From the human T2T-CHM13v2.0 reference genome, Homo sapiens, in assembly GCF_009914755.1 (NCBI RefSeq), contig NC_060934.1: a stretch of DNA of 64,000 nucleotides; one strand, given 5' to 3'. The position numbers and the translations under genes were made by a program. The notes under the pieces are model-generated. The model worked only from the letters and a program-made list of their open reading frames with translations, was not told the origin of the DNA and made no database searches. Positions 46,994 to 59,380 of this stretch are shown here, piece by piece; within the stretch, counting starts at the first letter, position 1, and every line of letters starts with the position of its first letter.

Positions 46994-47289
46994 GTAAGTC
47001 TCCTAATTTATAACTCTGAATATATTTTAATTTGCCCATTGTGGAATATGTGCTATCTAAGAATATCTACATGTGCTTCAATACATATACTTAGTTCTAG
47101 GCAGAATGAGAGTCAATTTGAATGTTCCGCTGACTTGCTTTGGAAACACACATAACTACAAGCCCTTATTCAGCTATTGGCCACGACTTAGTTTATAAGG
47201 GGAGATCAATGTTCCTAGACTCTGCATGAATTAAAAGAAAGTGTATGTTTGAAAATGTGATCCAGTCTTTTTATTCATGCTACTAGACG

Positions 47290-47460
47290 TGGAGTGAGAG
47301 AAGAGAACAAGGGCTACCTATTGGGTACTATGCTCACTACCTGGGTGATGGGATCATTCGTACCCTAAACTTCAGCGTCCCGCATTAGACCTATGTAACA
47401 AAAGCTTGCACATATGCCCCTTAAATCTAAAATAAAAGTCGAAATTATTTTAAAAAGAAA
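47290..47460 (+). mobile_element. Short L1PA15/16-like 3' end
   Basis: ctacctattgggtactatgctcactacctgggtgatgggatcattcgtacc...tctaaaataaaagt. Confidence 0.85.
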
Positions 47461-47509
47461 TACTAATATCAAAAAGAGGAAATTAGTCATTACTACTATT
47501 GGGTTTCAC

Positions 47510-47690
47510 TTGTAACTGACAAGTCATTTCCTTTTACTGCTTTCAAGATTTTCTCCTTTTCTTTCTTTGGCTTTCAGCAATTTAATCATGATGTATCTAT
47601 ATGTGGATCTCTATGCATTTATCCTACTTCATGTTTGTTTAGCTTCCTGGATGTGTAGGTTAACGTTTTTCAATGAATTTGGGAATTTAA
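47510..47690 (-). mobile_element. Old L1M fragment
   Basis: ctgctttcaagattttctc...ttggctttcagcaattt...gcttcctggatgtgtagg. Confidence 0.6.
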
Positions 47691-49379
47691 AGAAAATGAA
47701 AATGTGAGCAAGGCATTCGTGAAACTAATACAGCTTACGAGAAATTAGAGAGGGGGATCTTTACATAACCATCTTGCTAGAAGTTATTAAATGTGTTTCT
47801 ATTGGGATTAATAAGAAGATGCAATGATACCTTTGGTTAGTTTGCTTTAATTATGTATTTCGAAGTTGGCTTTTTCTTTACCGATGATTGGTTAGTGATG
47901 AATTCATCATCCTTCTATATGGCAACAGTAAATAAATATGATATAGAGAATTTGTAATTGGCCAACTAAAAGATACTTGTAGAAAATATATGTTAGAATG
48001 AACTGTTTAGTTAACTATTATAATAATGAAAACAACTGTAGTAACCCTGTTTAAAGGATTTATGAAATAGGTTATAAGATTTCTTTGTTCTATACATTAA
48101 ATGACCATTTTGTTCACAAATTTGTTATGGATTGTAGTAAATTTATGCTGCAAAGTAGACTCCTAAATAATTGTTAGTAAAGATTTATGCAGTTTTAATT
48201 TTTTATATAATTTTACATATTTTCATAGCTGTAAAGGGGATTGTTAGCATTTCTCTATCCAAACATACCTGCCAGAAATCAGTCATTGTTGTTGTTGTTA
48301 TTTTTTTTTTCCATTATACTGACACAGTCTAAGGAAAGTTAGAGGGTTTTCTATTTTGTATTTTTCTCATTATATTTGAGATGACAAAATCATTCATCAT
48401 TCTCAATTACTGGAAGGCAATTCACTGAATTCAATGTGAGTTAAAAGCCAGATACCTATAAAATTCTTGCACTGACCAGTAATAATAAGTTGTGATGCAC
48501 ATTTTATCCCTAACATATTAATAATATACCTATTTTCTATTGAATTATTTCTGAGATATGCCAAACCAGTGCAAGTGAACATTAACGGATGGCTTAAAGA
48601 ATGGAGAACATATTTACGATAACTAGAAGAAATGGACATATTAATAACCTTTACTATTAATAGCTAGTAAAATGTCTTTGATCTTTTTTGAGGGCAGCAC
48701 CTTAAAGAAGCAGTATATATTCGAGGTCTCATATACTGTAAAAGCATCAGAATGAGTGCATACCATTCTGCATACAGTTTACTTTTAAGAGAACATTATA
48801 TATTATTAATCCTAAAAGCCATTAGACAAGAGAACATTTGCTGTTTATTTAAATTTTACTTGGATAAAAAGAATTTTTCTGAGGTTATCTTATGTTTTAA
48901 CTAAATATTTGTCATTTATTATAGATGAATTATTAAGAGATTTATAATGCATGTAGATTTTCCTTCAATTTAGTAAAAAGGAAAGTTTATTACTAATTTA
49001 TGTATTGTAAGTTATGTAGTTTCTAGTTAAAAACTAGAACTGAAGCTTTTGATTTATTTTTAAATAATAGTTTTTATTTGTCATTGCGTAAAATAATTAC
49101 AACTCTTAAACTGTAAACTAAATCAATAGGTAATCTAATAAATGTAACAATTGAAAAGACACATTTGGCTGGTAAGTAAAACCCTTCAGATTTATGACAT
49201 TAAATGTAAAGGCTTTCACATGCTTTTATTTTTAAGCTCTGATGTGTCACTTTTCAAAAGTGTTATATTGGCTGTTTACAAATATGCTTTTATATATGTA
49301 GCTATGCACATGTAAGTTTTCATCTGAAATTGTCATGTACATTTATTTTGGTCATGAGTGCCTCTTTGTGGCTTTCAGT

Positions 49380-49920
49380 ATGAAATCCATACTCATTAGC
49401 ATCTAGTACAAGGCACTAAGTGATGTGATCACAGTAATCTCCTTAGGCCTATCTCTCAATGTGACTTCTTGCCCCAGATTTTCTCTTCACCCTAACTGGC
49501 TTTGCTCTGAACCCACCATGGTTTTTGTTTTCTAGATCTGTTTGCAAACTTTGCCTTTCCGTTTGGAATGTTTGCTAAGTCCTCTGTTACCCAAAACTGG
49601 CCCCTATTTTCAAACAACAGTAACAATATCCTTCTGATGGACCTTTAGCACTCTGGTTATCATTGTTTTCTGGAAGGTCTTCCATTGCATATTAACCCTC
49701 AGTCCAGGCTAAGTATTTTCTCTGTGTTCTCTAGCAGCCTGTGTTTACCTCTGTGATGGTCATGCTGTTATGGAATTTCCTGTTTATTCATTTCTCTCCC
49801 CAACACTCTAAGCTCCTTGTTTGCAAATATTGTGTCTTATTTATCTTTTTATCTCCAAAACAATCCTGCACAGTGCCCTGGCTCATAGCAGACACAAAAT
49901 AAATGTTTGTTTCATTAGTG
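49380..49920. mobile_element. L2 fragment(s)
   Basis: ctctaagctcctt...gcacagtgccctggctcatag...aataaatgtttgtt, an L2 3' end. Confidence 0.6.
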
Positions 49921-50234
49921 TTTATCAAACAAAATCACTCATGAGTTTCACCTACAAATGCAATCTTAAATGTGCCTGTGATCACATCCTTTTTTATGTG
50001 TAACTTCTGGAATCAACAATGTACCATGAATACTGATATTAAATATGATTATCTCAGGTATCTCCTGTGAGATAGTGAAATAACCCACCATATTTGTCTC
50101 TAAAACTATGTTTTATCCTCAGAACTAAATACAATATAAGCAGTCTGAAATATATATTGAAATCTATGCAGTCTGAAATATTCATTATTGACATTTCCTG
50201 AAAACATGGAAGTGTTTTCCAGTTATTTGTTTGA

Positions 50235-50574
<340 letters not shown>

Positions 50575-50810
50575 ATCATTCCCATCATTCTTCTTTTCTC
50601 ATTGACTAATTTAAAATGTTACCTGGGAAACTGTTTAACTGTTAATGGTTGCCTTTTACATTTTTTGAGTAAAAATTGTAATTCCTTTAAGTAAGACACT
50701 GTGTTTTATATAGCTCCTTTACTGTGCATGTTGTTGGTGTCCATGTTTAGATGAGTAATGAAAATTATTGATGGGAAATAGGGTCATTTTTATTATTGCT
50801 GCAGACAAGA

Positions 50811-51322
50811 TGTGGTGGATTTAAGATGACCACAAATTCTTTGACATTACTCACAAAGAAAGGTGACATTTATGTCCCCTCCCCTTGAATCTGGATGGAC
50901 TCTAAGAAGGCTTTGTCCGGTTGTGTACAGTGGAAATGATGCTGTGCCAGTTTCTTAGCCAAGACCTTAAGAGACTGACAATTTCCACTTCTTGTCTCTT
51001 AGAGCACTTGCTCTTAGAATGTTTGTTCTGGGTAGGCCAGCTACCATGTATTGAAGTCTGTCTTCCCTGAGTGAGGAGGAGTGAAAGAGGGAAAAGAGGA
51101 GGGAGAGAGAAAGATGGAGAGAGACCAAGGAACACCAGGATACCAGATAAGTGAATGAAGAATGTGAATCCATCTTGGAAGTGGATTTCCCAGTCCTAAT
51201 TTCCTCAGCGGCCACAACATGAGTCAGAGATGAGCTACCTATCCAAGTTCTTCCAAGATTCCTGACTCACAGTCATGATTTAACTATGGGTATCGTTGGT
51301 TAAGCCATTGATAACCGGAAAA
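50811..51322 (+). mobile_element. MLT1 (G/H-like) solo LTR
   Basis: tgtggtggatttaagatgaccacaaattctttgac...tatgtcccctccccttgaatctgg...gataaccggaa. Confidence 0.8.
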
Positions 51323-52308
51323 AAAGGGCGATCACTTTATACAAATAAGGAAATTTAACATAGTTTAGTCTCTAATTTGTGAATAGTACATATAAAGAGT
51401 GGATTGTGAATTATATCTTGAGCGTCCTTGGTAATAGGCATATGTTGCCAAAATTTCTTTCATATTCCTTATTAATTAAGTATTAAGGTTATTTTTTCTT
51501 CATAGATCGACATGAACAAAGTTTGAAGGACCCTAAGGAATAAAATTTTAGTAAATAAAGTAGAATGCAAGATGATCATCTCATTCTGTGATAACTACTT
51601 CTTTTGAATTTTGTAACAGTTTCTGTGATATGCATGTTGATTTTTTAGGCTTACTTTTACCTTTTGGGCAAGCCCAGTCCTCTGAGGTGGCAGCAAGAAC
51701 AACAAGCCACTACAAATAGCTAGTAATCCAAGTCAATTTCAGTTTTTCCATATATTAATGAATAAAACTTAAAATAAAACTTAAAATTAATTCAAATGTG
51801 AATTAATGAAAGTTCTGTTTATTTATCCTACCAATGATCATGTCAGATCATGTCAGTAGGAGAAGCAAGGATACTTTGAGCTGTTAGGGTCAATATATTT
51901 TCTTTAATTTATAACTAAGATCTTTGCCCTGTAATTTTATCCTTTGTCTACTGCAAAAATTTCCTCCCCAAACTCCTACTTGCACCGTGCACTAAATAGG
52001 AAAATAAGCCTGACCATATGTGCTGCTGCCCCTAAATACTCTTTATTTGCACATGAGTTTTCTCTTTATTATGTTATTAACATAAATCAGGATCCCATGA
52101 CCAGGACAACTGAGATTAGCACCTCTACTCTTTGGTATTAGCCAGGCCTTCTGCTATGCTTAATTGATCTCCAACAGTATTATTGGCCCGTTTCACTGTT
52201 GTGCTTCCATGAATGTAACTGATTCTGAATTACATGTCATTAAAACAAATACTTTGTAATGTCCCCTTTATTAGCAAGAAATGAAACTCATCACCAGCAT
52301 GACTTATA

Positions 52309-53194
52309 TATATAGCTCCTTAAATCACTTCTTTTCATTCAATGTTGTTTTGATATAATATTAAAGAGAAAAAAATACTTCCTGGATGAAGCCAGTATCT
52401 TTATAGAGTTTGCACATTCTCCCCATATCTTTATAGAGTTTGCACATTCTCCCCATATCTGTATGGGATTCTCTGGCTACTCCAGTTTATTCCCACATCC
52501 AAAAGATGTGCATGTTAGGTTCATTGGCCTGTCTAAATGATCCCAATCTGAGTAAGTATGGGTGTGTGTGTGAGTGCGCCCTGCAAAGGGATAGCATCCT
52601 GTCCAGGGTGGGTACCTGCGTTGCTGCCCCGAGCTGGATAGGTTCTGGCCACCCACCACCCTGAACTGGAATAAGTTGGTTCGAATATGAATGAATGAAT
52701 GAATGAATAAAATGATTGTAAAATAAAATTTCATGAAGTTTACTATAGTCATGCAAGTGTATGGCAGTAAATGATGTGGTAGGAGAGTGTTCACTGACCC
52801 CCAAGTTGTGATTGTTTGTTTTTGAACTGAGTGGTGGTAGGAGGTTCTCCTTATAATTTTCTCTTCACAAACATTTATTCCTTGATACATCCTACCACCA
52901 CTATGATTACTGTCACTCACTGACTCACCAAAAATTGGGTAAATCATTATCTTACTTGTTTTAATTACTCCTTCTTAAATATATATATAGCTCACATTTG
53001 TTTCAATGTTTAATATTAGAAGTGTTTGAGGTCTTTAGTTAGAAGCGATGATGTTACATAATTAGAAATATACCAGAGGAAATTAACTCTTGTTTATATC
53101 AATTAGCCTGCAGTAAAGTTGGTTTCATTATACATCATTTCACTGAAACTCAGTTTCCAAGGACATATCAATAATGTTAGGTGAGGACTTAATA
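52309..53194 (+). mobile_element. MER6 (TcMar-Tigger) DNA transposon, near full length
   Basis: gagtttgcacattctcccc...gaccctgaactggaataag core; end ...gttaggtgaggacttaata followed by TA. Confidence 0.85.
52396..52460. repeat. Perfect 30-bp tandem duplication
   Basis: tatctttatagagtttgcacattctcccca x2 plus tatct. Confidence 0.97.
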
Positions 53195-53199
53195 TACAT

Positions 53200-53850
53200 G
53201 ATTTTAAAAAAATACAGTAAAATGTCCTAATGTAAAAGATACATAAAATGAAGGTAATTTATAATAAATCAATATATATTTAATAGCTAAATGTTTATGT
53301 GACTGTGCTACAAACATAACGATGTAGTTAGATGCTTGCATCTATTCATAGAATTAGCAGAAATAGATGGCTACAGATGCTGACAAATAGATGCTTGTTG
53401 TTTTGGTGACTCATCCACCATGGGCAGCATTGCAGTACAGTGACGTTTTTTGAAAGGATAAATGGCTCACAATAAATTTAGAAACAAAGTGAAGGGAAGT
53501 CTTCTCTTAAAATGCACATGGCATGGCAGTTGCATTCTTGAAAAATTCAGTGTTAATAACTGTGCAAAATGTACTTAGTATTTACATAAAAATATAGTTA
53601 GGGATTGGATTTAGATAATTATAAATGGGTGAGTACTTGGTTAGACATTTGAATGTCATGCAGGAGTCACGATGGTTCACAGTGGGGAAAGTATCTTGGG
53701 CATTGCAGGATCTTTAGAATTCCCGGCCCATTAAATGCCAGCCCAGCTGTTTCCCCATTCATTGTCATAACGGCCACACTGACACACACCCAAGAAATTT
53801 CCATTACATCCCTTTGGGATGTCACTTCCACCAATTAAGAATCTTTGCTT
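53200..53850. mobile_element. Old hAT-Charlie-like fragment (possible host of MER6)
   Basis: gcattgcaggatctttag...cattaaatgccag...caattaagaatc resembles Charlie4/MER20-type ends. Confidence 0.4.
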
Positions 53851-54160
53851 TAAACACTCTCCCTTTTCTTCTTTATCTTTTCTGTTTCTACCCCTGTATC
53901 TTTCTGACAGTACATGTTTCCTGAATTCTCTGGATTAATACATAAAATGTATCCTAACTAAACATATCACAAAATGTTATCAAACTTATGTAATAACATA
54001 ATTGTAACTCTTTATGAATTCTCTTACCAAATATATTCTCATAAATCTTGGCATATAAATGTTAAACTATACCCTATTTTTAATAGTATACCTTTTAACT
54101 AATATTACTCATCATATTGTATAATTCTCAATTTATACTGTTAGTAATTTTTTTCCTTTT

Positions 54161-54352
54161 TTTTTTTTTTTTTTTTGAGATGGAGTCTCGCTCTGTCGCC
54201 CAGGCTGGAGTGCAGTGGCGCAATTTCGGCTCACTGCAAGCTCTGCCTCCTGGTTTCACGCCATTCTCCTGCCTCAGTCTCCTGAGTAGCTAGGACTACA
54301 GGCACCTGCCACCATGCCTGGCTAATTTTTTGTATTTTTAGTAGAGACGGGG
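54161..54352 (-). mobile_element. 5'-truncated AluY
   Basis: cactgcaagctc...ttcacgccattctcc diagnostics; 15-bp TSD aatttttttcctttt at 54146-54160 and 54353-54367. Confidence 0.93.
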
Positions 54353-54629
54353 AATTTTTTTCCTTTTATATCTATATATGAGTCTACTCATTTGTAATAA
54401 TACAAAACCCCTTAAAGGAAAGAGCACATTTCTGTATTTAGGGGTCTCTTACCCAAAATAGATGGATATATGTATATAATATTTATTATATTTGTTGAAT
54501 GAATGAAAAATAGACTATTCTATTAGTATCCTTCTTCTGTGGATAATTATGAGTCTTGGAGGTTTCAACCTTTTTTAGTGATAGGAATAATTTGATAAAC
54601 TTTTAAGCAATTTGTTTCAAATTAGCAGC

Positions 54630-55407
54630 ATTCTCCACTGAAGGAGGGAGAGTTCCAGGGGGTATAGTATCCTCCCTATCTGGTCAGGAGGATATCAGTT
54701 CAGGCACCAGCTTGGAGTGTAAAGCACACTAGTGAGGTAAAGGTATTTATTCCCTCTGCCTCTTCCCTGTAGAGTTGCCTCAAGCTGGCTGTGTCCTTTG
54801 CTGTAAGGTCAGAGTTTTTCTCAAGGTAGCCATCTGTATCAGTCCATTCTCATATTGCTAATAAAGACATACTCGAGACTGGGTAATTTATAAAGGAACA
54901 AGTTTAATTGAAACACAGTTCAGCATGGCTGTGGCGGCCTCGGGAAACTTACAGTCATGGCAGAAGGGGAAGAAAACACATTCTTCTTCATATGGTGGCA
55001 GCAAGGAGAAGAATGAGAGCTGGGCCATGGGGGAAGCCCCTTATAAAACCATAAGCTCTCATAAGAATGTACTCACTATCAGGAGAATAACATGGGGGAA
55101 ACTGCCCCATGATTTAATTGTGATGGGTGTCTCCCATCACACATAGGGATTATGGGAACTACAGTTCAAGATGAGATTTGGGTGGGGACACAGCCAAAAC
55201 ATATCACCATCTCTACACAACATTCTCCTCTGGCTTCTAATAACCTTCCCTCCTTTTCTCTTTTTGGCTTGTGGAGGGTCCTACACAACCCAATATAGTT
55301 TCCCTGCACTCTGCCCACACCTTTGTAAATAATCCTTTTGTGAACCTTCCTCAAATTATCCTAATTTGAATGTGTCATCTCTTTCCTCTTAGGCACTGAC
55401 TGATATA
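54630..55407 (+). mobile_element. LTR33-like (ERVL) LTR split by THE1
   Basis: 3' end cttcctcaaattatcctaatttgaatgtgtcatct...ctgactgatata. Confidence 0.7.
54835..55206 (-). mobile_element. THE1 (B/C-like) solo LTR
   Basis: tgtatcagtccattctc...gagatttgggtggggacacagccaaaacatatca; perfect TSD ccatc. Confidence 0.93.
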
Positions 55408-55469
55408 ACCCCCAGGCACAGTTAATTATCTGCTTGGTGTTTCCATGACATTGTGCATATAGCTCCTTT

Positions 55470-56810
55470 ATTCATTTCTTTATTACATAATTCAGCATAT
55501 ATTTATTGTGCATCCACTAAGTGTCAGGCAGTCTCCTGGGCCCACAAGGAAAATATATCCATGTAAGTTATGCCAGCATTAGTTAGGCAGTTGTATGCTA
55601 TTTAATGTTATTTAATGTAATGTTATTTACATTACATTATTTAATGTATTGTAATACAGTTATTTATGCAGTTATTGTAATGCAGTTATTTAATGTAATG
55701 AGTCCTACACATACAGAAGTCTATAGTGCTATGGAACTTCATAAAAAAGGTTCATAACTTACACATAATCATTGGAGACATTGTCTCAAAGAATGTGAAA
55801 TCCAAGCTGAGACCAGAAAAGTGAGTAAGAATTAGACCCGCAGAGAGGGCTGACAGTGAGAAGGGAATGTTCCAGCTCAAGAAAAACATACTTACAAAAC
55901 CAAAAAAGGAAGACATGGCATATTTGAGTAATGAAAGGTAACAGATGATGTGTTTATGACGAGTGAGGGTGTGTCAAGAGATCGTTCTGGAGAATATGGG
56001 TCAGATTATAAAGGACATTGTAAACTGTGCTAAGAAGTTTACCTTTATTCTAATGAGGATCCACTGAAGCAAGAAGCATGACATGAACAGGTTGTAACTT
56101 TGGAAATGTTATTCTGATTAGTTGTAGAGCATAGGTAAGAGGAGAATAAGAATGGAGGGAGGGAGACTGTATGTATGGTCATGATAGGGGGACGAACCAA
56201 TGTATACTCACCTGGTGGGGAAGAAGAAGAGTAATCAGATTTCAGAGAGATTTTACAGATAGCACCTACAAGACAGAGTAATTTACTGGTATTTGGGGGT
56301 CTGAATCCCTAATTCTAAAGACGGTGGGAGATTTCAAGCCTAAACCTCCAAGTTTATGACCAGGCAACTAGTTGGCTTGTAGTGATAGTCAACGAAATAG
56401 AGAAGGTGAACTGTGAGCAAGTTTTGGAGGAAAAACCATGAAGGCAGCAATAGATAAATCTAAGTGGAGGTGTGTAGTAATTATATAGATAAGTGGGCTT
56501 GAGTTTTATGAGACAGATGAGGATTGGTAGTATGGTTTTAGAAGTCATCAACATAAGCTGACCATTAAAGCAAAGGAGATAAGATGAAGCAGTGGGGGCA
56601 GTAAGTCAGAATATGATTGTATCATATTCTAAGGCAAGGATATTTTAAGAACGCTTCAGGATGACACATAAGTAAGGACTGAGAAGGGCTCAGAGAAAGA
56701 AATGAACAGGGTGACAAACCTTGATTGAGACAGTTTCCATGATAAGGTGGGGAAGAAAGCCTAGATTAGAGAAGTAAGAGATGAGAAAGTAGAGTGAGTA
56801 AAAATAACTC
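55470..56810. mobile_element. L2 fragments
   Basis: atatttattgtgcatccactaagtgtcaggca; ggtcagattataaaggacattgtaaac; purine-rich L2-like body. Confidence 0.6.
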
Positions 56811-57838
56811 TTTCAAGTATTTTTTTCCCTGAAAGAGAAGAGAAAGGATTTTAGTTTTGGTAAATATGGTGGTGGCTCAGGGGCATCGATTGCATGCATG
56901 CATGCATTTACATATGTAAGTACACATATGAATATGTAGGATTCTATGTATGTTAATGGGAGTATCTTAAAGTGGTTTAAATGCTGATGGAGACAGGCAC
57001 TAGGGAGTGGATTAAAGGTATAGGGAAATGAAATAATCATTAGATTCAGATTTAGGGGAAGGTAGGATAGGAACAATATCATTATTATCAATGTATATTG
57101 TTCTTTCTTACTAGCTTGATCCCTAAAAAGGCAAAGACTATATTTTTTTTGTATCCTCAGCATCTAAGACATTACCTAGAGAATACTGGGATCTTCTATA
57201 TTTTAGTTTTAGGAAAAAGGAATAATAGCTTGCTAAAATAAAATAGTTAATTTACCTCAGAACTCTTCCAAGATCCTCAGCCAACATTTGCATTATATCC
57301 TACCTTCAAAAACTGTCAAACGTATGTCCTTTAGGTATTTTATGCATAGAAATGTTTTTTAAATGATCCCTTTTGGACATTAAATAACAGTTTTAATAAT
57401 TTTGAATTAGTACTAAGTGCCATTTAAGTGTTCTCCTGATATATACTAAATGAAAACAGAAAATGATGCATGGGAGAAATGAGTTAGATCAATATGGTTA
57501 AATTTAATAAAATTCAAATTAAAGAATCTACATTATTTCTATGGTGATATCACTATGATATGTGATAATAACTCCCTCAATGTATAAGTTCCAGTCAGAA
57601 GATGATTATGTGCAGAAAGCTTTTGCTTTTGTGACCCTATATCTCACCTGTTCTTTTTTATTGATTGATTATATTTGAAGAGACTCAAATCTGTTTACAT
57701 TAGATTAGGCTATATACCAGCCACGTGATTTTCTGTCATACTAAAATTTCAAACTTAAGATCAGAAGTAATCTAGATTCTATAATAAAAAATCATGACAT
57801 ATGCTATGGAGCTTGGCTGTGACTCAATTAAAATTGCA

Positions 57839-58536
57839 TTTTTTTTATTATACTTTAAGTTTTAGCGTACATGTGCACAACGTGCAGGTTAGTTACATAT
57901 GTATACCTGTGCCAGGTTGGTGTGCTGCACCCATTACCTCGTTATTTAACACGAGGTATATCTCCTAATGCTATCCCTCCCCCCTCCCCCCTCCTCCCAC
58001 CCCACAACAGGCCCCAGTGTGCGATGTTCCCCTTCCTGTGTCCATGTGTCCTCATTGTTCAATTCCCACCTATGAGTGAGAACATGCAGTGTTTGGTTTT
58101 TTGTCCTTGCAATACTTTGCTGAGAATGATGGTTTCCAGCTTCATCCATGTCCCTACAAAGGACATGAACTCATCATTTTTTATGGCTGCATAGTATTCC
58201 ATGGTGTATATGTGCCACATTTTCTTAATCCAGTCTATCATTGTTGGACATTTGGCTTGGTTCCAAGTCTTTGCTATTGTGAATAGTGCCGCAATAAACA
58301 TATGTGTGCATGTGTCTTTATAGATACCATCTCACACCAGTTCGAATGGTGATCATTAAAAAGTCAGGAAACAACAGGTGCTGGAGAGGATGTGGAGAAA
58401 TAGGAACACTTTTACACTGTTGGTGGGACTGTAAACTAGTTCAACCATTGTGGAAGTCAGTGTGGCGATTCCTCAGGGATCTAGAACTAGAAATACCATT
58501 TGACCCAGCAATCCCATTACTGGTTATATACCCAAA
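57839..58536 (-). mobile_element. Young L1PA (PA3/4-like) with twin-priming inversion (58322-58536 on + strand)
   Basis: ggttagttac 3'UTR variant; junction ...gtgtctttatAG|ataccatctcacacc with 2-bp microhomology. Confidence 0.95.
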
Positions 58537-59169
58537 ATTAAATTTTATCTAATTATGTTGGTGGTAGTCAGATGTGTACTCTTTGACCAGTTACCTGTAG
58601 CCAATTTGTCACACTTTCTTTCTGAAACTTATTGAATAGTTTTTAAAAGATATTTTATCTTTTGAGAATTTTTGGTAAAATGCTTAGTTGGCAATAACAT
58701 CTGATTTATGAATTTATATGATATCCCTCATAATAGAATTTCAAAATACATTTTAAAAATTACTTTTTAATGATAGAAGGCAAATTCCACCTATCTGATC
58801 ATTCCAAAGGCAGAATTATTAATTTGATGGCAAATTGATTTTCATATATTATAAAAAATGATGCTCCAAATAGAAAAGTTTTACTTAAAATCATAATAAT
58901 TTTGCCATTGATCTTATACAAACTTTAAAATCCATATGTTCAAAGTACTTAAGGGAAAAAGGAAGTAGTTGATATATCCTTGACATCTGCTGCTAAAAAT
59001 TAGATTACTTTGTATTCGCATTTAAAGTAAACAATGTTAAACATGGAAACTATCAAGTGAAGAAATATGTACTGTTATCTCTTCTGAAGAGTTATTCAAA
59101 TTTTTATTGTTATATAAATTAAAATTTAGTGTAATTTTAAAAACTCGTTTTCTCTTTGTAACTGGTTAG

Positions 59170-59380
59170 TATATGCCAAGGCCTGTGTTAAGTGCTCAAT
59201 ATACATTATATTATTTAATTTATGCAATACTATGAATTATTATTATTTCCACTTATCCAGTGAGTAAACTGAGGTTCAAAGAATTTAGATAACTTGATAT
59301 GCTCACAGGCTAGTAACTAGGCAAAACATGGATTCAAATTTGGGTTTCTGTGACTTGAAAGCTCATACACTAGACCCTTA
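59170..59380 (-). mobile_element. MIR fragment
   Basis: gtgagtaaactgaggttcaaagaatttagataacttg...ggattcaaatt. Confidence 0.7.

Noticed and set aside
52477-52947. 156-aa minus-strand ORF
   Set aside because: It lies entirely inside non-autonomous MER6 and shows no transposase motifs.
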